Virus genome (UHGV): UHGV-1568604
Source: a virus
Length of the DNA: 12,140 nt
Strand: one strand, 5' to 3'
This document shows positions 8,020 through 12,140 of this stretch, piece by piece; position 1 is the first letter of the stretch; every line of letters starts with the position of its first letter. The notes below the pieces were generated by a model, which was not told the DNA's origin, ran no database searches, and saw nothing but the letters and a program-made list of their open reading frames with translations. A program made the translations under genes and the position numbers.

Positions 8020-8829
8020 TTATTTGCTAAGAGCAGCGAATAATCGTTCGAAATCGATAGTATCTATAGCACGCGTAAGCGCCGGAAGTTCAGCCTCAAA
8101 GTACCCGTGTCGATCGTAAAAGAAGGGACCGAAGAGCGAGGCATGTTGGATTCTACTTCGCCCCAGCCCGGACACACAGTTAAGCCCATTACCGGCTAAA
8201 AGGCTAAAAAACTTCTCTGGATTATCGTGGTAAAGCTGGGAATCAATGGTGGCGGTTAACTCTTCCATAGGGAAGCACACCCGCCCTGTATCCCAGGGAT
8301 ATTTAGTCCGAAGCATAAACATTGCTTTCAGCAATTCACATTGAGCGCGGATCGCGTCCGGTTCATAGCCAGATATGGAGACATAAGCCACGTCCCTCAT
8401 TCCTGCGTCATCTTTGAAAGTCACGATAGAAGTAACATCCAGCTCTTTTTCGAAAGAGCAAGCAGCATCTACTGGACGCTGAAGTAAATCATTCGACTTA
8501 ATGCGCTCGAGAATCCCTCCCCACATATCATTTAGATATTCGATATGAGCCAAAACCTTATCAAGACACTCTCGTGTAAACCATTCAGTATGCCCGCCAC
8601 CGACGCTTTTCTCCCACGGCGCATTCCAGGGGAAAAAGGTTGCGTGTAAAGCCCGCTCAAGATTAACCATTGCCAAACGCGTACCACGATAGACCCGTGA
8701 AAGCGCAAAATCGGGACTCACTTGTAGCCCTTTAAACCGTGCCAATGGACCACATGAAATGCCGATTTTAAAAGTATCTCCGTTCTCTGGCACCAGAACG
8801 TAGAGGTAGTGTTGTTTCTCTTCTTGCAT
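8020..8829 (-). CDS. T5orf172/GIY-YIG-like nuclease-domain protein with an uncharacterised C-terminal domain (269 aa)
   Basis: N-terminal ~110 aa carry the T5orf172/GIY-YIG-like pattern (YLYVLV..., FKIGIS, LERALHATF, TEWF). C-terminal ~150 aa have no feature I recognise. Single gene with its own terminator, between the iteron field and the par promoter. Confidence 0.75.
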   Translation of the reverse strand: MQEEKQHYLYVLVPENGDTFKIGISCGPLARFKGLQVSPDFALSRVYRGTRLAMVNLERALHATFFPWNAPWEKSVGGGHTEWFTRECLDKVLAHIEYLNDMWGGILERIKSNDLLQRPVDAACSFEKELDVTSIVTFKDDAGMRDVAYVSISGYEPDAIRAQCELLKAMFMLRTKYPWDTGRVCFPMEELTATIDSQLYHDNPEKFFSLLAGNGLNCVSGLGRSRIQHASLFGPFFYDRHGYFEAELPALTRAIDTIDFERLFAALSK

Positions 8830-8863
8830 ATCAATACCACTGCTTGATGAGAACCGCGCAAAT

Positions 8864-9119
8864 GTTGACTATGCGCGAAGGTTAATGTGAATAGTTGACT
8901 ATGCGCGATGTGACTACAGTCAAAAGTTGACTGTAGTCGATTTAACTCCACCAAAGATCGACTATGTAAGATATTGTCGGGAGAAACGTTGACTATACGC
9001 GATGAAATGCCCCTAAAAGCCATCTCAATAGCGACTTGCAGAATATTGACGCCAGCAAAAATCCACCAGCGTCAACGAATGTCGCCTATAGTCAACTTCT
9101 CGCTATCGCATATAGTCAA
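8864..9119. repeat. Iteron field downstream of repA (incA-like copy-control locus)
   Basis: Direct copies of GTTGACTAT(G/A)CGCGA at 8864-8878, 8894-8908 and 8988-9002. Variants at 8926-8940 and 8957-8971. Inverted copies at 8910-8923, 9083-9097 and 9106-9119. Same core as the origin iterons. Confidence 0.8.
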
Positions 9120-9121
9120 TA

Positions 9122-10006
9122 TTATGGATTGCGCTTATGGATCTGGAAGCCGATTTTCCTGCCGTTTTTTATCTCTGAAAATTTAAGATATTCAATAGCT
9201 TCCAAATCTTTCATGGCTTTTCTGATAACGCTATTTTGCACGCTAACGGATGATTTGAGATTAAGCCTCGCTCTAAGGCGCTCAATGCTGACAGGTGCCG
9301 GGTTGGCGGGTAGAGCCTCAAAGAATGTATACAGTACCTTGGCCGTCTCTTTGCGCCCTAGTTTATCCAGCATCTTCAGCTTCAGGATTCGCTTATAGTC
9401 AACATAGTAAAGTTCAGATAGCTGTTTCTGCGGCTGGATCTCGATAACATCAAGCTCGGTATTCAGGCTGCTATATGCCAACAAGTTGACGTTAATGTTA
9501 TTGAGATGACCTTTTGCCGCCGGGAAGCGGAATTTGACAACTGTCTGCTGAATGCGTGTCAGAGAGTCATCAATACTTTTACGGAACGCCTTTGAAAGGC
9601 GCTTACGTGGATAGCCGCATCGATCGGCAAACTCGGAGAATGGCAGGGTGATTATGCCGTCATCATCAGGTGCGTAGTCAAACAACGCGGAGGTTATGCC
9701 CACCCACACCTTAAAATCAGTATCCATATCCAGGCGTGGACCATGAATTTCAATTCCCTCATAGCCTTCCTGCTCAACAATTTTGAGGCTTGATAGTTCT
9801 TCAGTTGCGTTCGTTGTGTTTGTTGTAACTGACGATCCGCGACGTAGCGCCACATTGGTAGATTTTAAGGTTGGCACAAACACACCTAAGCGCAACAAAG
9901 CGATGGGTTGTATAGTGCTGTTGTTATTGGGCTTCAGGCTGTGGATTTCTCCTGTATTTCCTGCAACTTCTTCAACGCTAAGGAAGCCTTTACTTTCTTC
10001 CGGCAT
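9122..10006 (-). CDS. repA: Iteron-binding replication initiator RepA (Rep_3 family, 294 aa from ATG 10006)
   Basis: Flanked by iteron arrays on both sides. Conserved initiator segments are present (QPIALLRLGVFVP, GPRLDMDTDFKVW). GGAGA lies 7 nt upstream of ATG 10006; the ORF track's TTG 10042 has no SD. Confidence 0.88.
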   Translation of the reverse strand: MPEESKGFLSVEEVAGNTGEIHSLKPNNNSTIQPIALLRLGVFVPTLKSTNVALRRGSSVTTNTTNATEELSSLKIVEQEGYEGIEIHGPRLDMDTDFKVWVGITSALFDYAPDDDGIITLPFSEFADRCGYPRKRLSKAFRKSIDDSLTRIQQTVVKFRFPAAKGHLNNINVNLLAYSSLNTELDVIEIQPQKQLSELYYVDYKRILKLKMLDKLGRKETAKVLYTFFEALPANPAPVSIERLRARLNLKSSVSVQNSVIRKAMKDLEAIEYLKFSEIKNGRKIGFQIHKRNP

Positions 10007-10087
10007 CACGGTTTCTCCATGTGTGGCGCGGCCTGACGTCAATTTGGATGGCTGTTATCAACAGCTGTGAATATTCAGACTCTAAAA

Positions 10088-10187
10088 TCGCTTACAGTCA
10101 ATGTTTCTGTCGCGTATAGTCAACAATAAATCGCGTGCAGTCAACAATAAATCGTGCACAGTCAACATAAAATCGCGTATAGTCAAT
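10088..10187. repeat. Origin iterons: five direct repeats with ~21.5-bp phasing
   Basis: TCGC(G/T)TRNAGTCAA(C) at 10088-10101, 10110-10124, 10131-10145, 10152-10166 and 10174-10187 (spacing 22/21/21/22 bp), immediately upstream of repA. An inverted repeat GCTGTT-atc-AACAGC at 10051-10065 contains the DnaA-box-like TTATCAACA. Confidence 0.85.
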
Positions 10188-10190
10188 GTT

Positions 10191-10298
10191 GATCCCATTT
10201 CAGGCCAGTAATGACGCGGCTTACAGCGATCCGGGATCTTCTTTGGATCTTCCTAGGTTCTCTTTAGGATCTGTTTATTGGATCTATGCTGTGGATAA
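10191..10298. other. Origin auxiliary region: GATC (Dam) cluster plus consensus DnaA box
   Basis: GATC at 10191, 10228, 10235, 10246, 10268 and 10281, four of them in GGATCT contexts. Perfect DnaA box TTATCCACA (seen as TGTGGATAA) at 10290-10298. Same architecture as P1-type oriR, by recall. Confidence 0.75.
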
Positions 10299-10299
10299 G

Positions 10300-10327
10300 T
10301 TGAATAAACCGGCCAACAAAGCCGGTT
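10300..10327 (-). terminator. Putative rho-independent terminator after the 130-aa gene
   Basis: Minus-strand read AACCGGC-UUUGUUG-GCCGGUU followed by UAUUCAACUU, about 15 nt after the stop at 10342, just before the origin. Confidence 0.55.
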
Positions 10328-10341
10328 GGAAGGAAGTCATA

Positions 10342-10734
10342 TTATTCTACGCTTTCGATAAGAAGACCATGTTCATAACATTTAAGCTCATCGCCTTCGT
10401 ACAGGAATTGGTATCCAATACCACCATTTTCATGGACATTAGGGAATAACTCATAACTCACTGAAGAGCAAATCACACCAATGCAGCGATCAACGCCTTC
10501 TCGTTCTTCAGTGCTGAAAAAATCCTCTTCGGTAAGGACATGAGTACATTGCTCATCAGCATAGGTCGGAAATACATGCTCGATGCAATCCGGGTGTTTT
10601 AAACCAAGCTGATCGGCAAGCTCGAAAGCATGACGGTATTGTTCAGATCCTGGCTTGCCAACAGTGATGTGCTCAATTTTGTAGATTGAAGTTGCTTTGT
10701 TGATAGTTTGCTTTACTGTTACTTTATCAGACAT
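10342..10734 (-). CDS. Hypothetical cytoplasmic protein (130 aa), Cys/His-containing
   Basis: AAGGGA lies 5 nt upstream of ATG 10734, which is 9 nt after the lipoprotein stop (translational coupling plausible). No transmembrane segment or signal peptide. Position matches where I recall P1 upfA (tentative). Confidence 0.65.
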   Translation of the reverse strand: MSDKVTVKQTINKATSIYKIEHITVGKPGSEQYRHAFELADQLGLKHPDCIEHVFPTYADEQCTHVLTEEDFFSTEEREGVDRCIGVICSSVSYELFPNVHENGGIGYQFLYEGDELKCYEHGLLIESVE

Positions 10735-10745
10735 AAAAATCCCTT

Positions 10746-11078
10746 TTAGTTACCTCTGATAGCGCGGTTGTAATCATTAACGTTGCGATTCTTCCTGTTA
10801 ATCCCCATCAGCATCGTTTCTGTATCGAGGATATACGCTGGCAGATCATCAAAATATTCACTGCTAAACTCTGGCATCCTGCACATAAATGCACTTTTGG
10901 GGGCAGGGTGGTTAACCTTTGTCGGCGTCGGCGTTAAATTCGCTGATCGACTGCCGGAGCAACCGCTGAGTGTCAGCAGGAATGCGCTGGCGAACATTAC
11001 CCGCCGCAACCAGTTGTTTCTGAACTTCAGCTTTTCGTTCCATTTGCCTGTCAGCATATTTGGCTTGTTCTGATTCAT
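10746..11078 (-). CDS. Lipoprotein, Rz1-like outer-membrane spanin candidate (110 aa)
   Basis: AGGAAG lies 6 nt upstream of ATG 11078. Lipobox LTLSGC, then a Pro/Thr-rich mature region (LTPTPTKVNHPAP). Its first 167 nt overlap the 3' end of the upstream gene in another frame. Could correspond to P1 mlp (tentative). Confidence 0.7.
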   Translation of the reverse strand: MNQNKPNMLTGKWNEKLKFRNNWLRRVMFASAFLLTLSGCSGSRSANLTPTPTKVNHPAPKSAFMCRMPEFSSEYFDDLPAYILDTETMLMGINRKNRNVNDYNRAIRGN

Positions 11079-11334
11079 TTTTCACTTCCTGGCTGTGAAA
11101 ATGTTGCTCTGCTTTGTTCATCGTCTCAATGGTCTGGTTAAGATCCATTATTGACTTATCACGTTCCTTAACAGCCTGATCAAGACTGCCAATTTTCTCC
11201 ATGGCTTGCTTTAGCTGATGACGTTCCCATGCAAACCCAGCACCAACAAGTGCGCAAATCAGAACAAGAACACCAGTAGCAGCAAGTTTCTCCTTCAAAG
11301 ACAAAGCTGTTTTTAACGTAGAAAAGAATGACAT
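10912..11334 (-). CDS. Rz-like inner-membrane spanin candidate (140 aa from ATG 11334)
   Basis: AGGAGG lies 5 nt upstream of ATG 11334 (MSFFSTLK...). One N-terminal transmembrane helix (LAATGVLVLICALVGAGFAW), then a charged helical region. C-terminal stretch (VAAGNVRQRIPADTQRLLRQS) resembles lambda Rz by recall. Could correspond to P1 ppfA (tentative). Confidence 0.72.
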   Translation of the reverse strand: MSFFSTLKTALSLKEKLAATGVLVLICALVGAGFAWERHQLKQAMEKIGSLDQAVKERDKSIMDLNQTIETMNKAEQHFHSQEVKNESEQAKYADRQMERKAEVQKQLVAAGNVRQRIPADTQRLLRQSISEFNADADKG

Positions 11335-11373
11335 GTCTTCCTCCTGAAGAAAAATTATCAATGAAGTCCTTTG

Positions 11374-11910
11374 TTACTGTGCCGCTTTGTTTAATTCATC
11401 AAGAACAGAATCAGGAACCAAAGCGGCAACTGCGCTGGCTGTGCTGACCTTATTTGCTGATGCTTCCGCAAGCGCGGTACCGATAGCATGGTTATAAGCA
11501 GTTATGGCTACGTTGGCGCTTTCATTCGCTCGTTCATACTGCTGTTGTAACGCAGTTGTGGGCGTTGTTGTCTGGTTGAAAACAACCCCAAACTGTTCAG
11601 TTGCTACTTTCAGAGATTCAATTTGCTCTTCTGTTAGTGCTGGTGGGGGAGTGGCAGTGCCGCCGCCTGAACCAGAGCCTGACGAGCTTCCTGAGCCAGT
11701 GTTAAGGGTCTGGTTAATCTCCCCCATAGCAGCGACTAAACTTGATGTATTAAGCGCGTTAACAGCGTCCTCAAGCGATTTAGTAATATTCACATCACCA
11801 ATGGCAATAGAGATCGGCAGTTCTGAAACTTCTCGCTCATTAGCACGGCAGTAAACATCCCAACCAATATCGAGTTGAAGCAGCATTGACAGATCTGCAT
11901 AACCAGCCAA
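11374..11910 (-). CDS. Hypothetical two-domain protein with a Gly/Ser-rich linker (178 aa); start uncertain
   Basis: ORF from TTG 11910 with only a weak SD. The frame stays open and protein-like for 29 more codons upstream to a TAA at 11998-12000, with no canonical start there. Central linker is GSGSSSGSGSGGGTATPPP. Confidence 0.5.
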   Translation of the reverse strand: MAGYADLSMLLQLDIGWDVYCRANEREVSELPISIAIGDVNITKSLEDAVNALNTSSLVAAMGEINQTLNTGSGSSSGSGSGGGTATPPPALTEEQIESLKVATEQFGVVFNQTTTPTTALQQQYERANESANVAITAYNHAIGTALAEASANKVSTASAVAALVPDSVLDELNKAAQ

Positions 11911-12140
11911 CAGGTCCGCGTGCTTAGTTGCCAGTTCTCCAATGTTCGTTAAGTCGGTTGTGGTTGTTCTTATCGTTGAAACGGTGATGCTGCCAACTTA
12001 CTGATTTAGTGTATGATGGTGTTTTTGAGGTTCTCCAGTGGCTTCTGTTTCTATCAGCTGTCCCTCCTGTTCAGCTACTGACGGGGTGGTGCGTAACGGC
12101 AAAAGCACTGCCGGACATCAGCGCTATCTCTGCTCTCACT

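Noticed and set aside
7916-8119. 67-aa plus-strand ORF spanning the par promoter and terminator
   Set aside because: Crosses a terminator hairpin and a regulatory region, Arg-rich, no SD.
8864-9119. Possible CRISPR array suggested by short repeats
   Set aside because: Repeats are about 15 bp, occur in both orientations with irregular short spacing, have no leader or cas genes, and sit beside a Rep initiator. They are plasmid iterons.
8718-9398. ORFs over the iteron field (101 aa minus strand, 70 and 120 aa plus strand)
   Set aside because: They run through repetitive iteron DNA and overlap repA or the 269-aa gene. Not credible coding sequence.
9783-10449. Plus-strand ORFs of 95 and 87 aa over the repA 5' end and the origin
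   Set aside because: They overlap iterons, the GATC cluster and the DnaA box. A regulatory region, not coding.
10783-11073. 96-aa plus-strand ORF
   Set aside because: Antisense to the overlapping spanin-like genes.
11504-11854. 116-aa plus-strand ORF
   Set aside because: Antisense to the 178-aa gene, low complexity.
12061-12068. Strong SD-like AGGAGGG on the minus strand near the window edge
   Set aside because: No ATG, GTG or TTG at suitable spacing downstream, and the in-frame read hits a stop at 11998-12000. Cannot be resolved without sequence beyond the window.

Overview
All credible genes in this window lie on the minus strand, and the layout reads as a segment of a P1-like phage-plasmid. 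From high to low coordinates: a spanin-like lysis-accessory cluster (178-aa protein, an Rz-like i-spanin overlapping an Rz1-like lipoprotein, a 130-aa protein) ending in a terminator; a replication origin (perfect DnaA box, six GATC sites, five ~21.5-bp-phased iterons); a Rep_3-type repA; a second iteron field in both orientations (incA-like); a single-gene insertion encoding a 269-aa T5orf172/GIY-YIG-like protein with its own terminator; a P1-type partition cassette (parA, parB, parS with box A/box B motifs); then late structural genes (major capsid precursor, tail sheath, a 271-aa acidic/basic protein, and two small tail/baseplate-like proteins). The most interesting item is the 269-aa nuclease-like gene wedged between the copy-control iterons and the par promoter. 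The capsid gene appears broken by a +1 frameshift near 4851-4862. Par proteins look P1-type by recall, whereas the iterons do not match the P1 iteron I remember, which suggests a mosaic replicon. All homology statements are from reading the translations and from memory; no database search was run.
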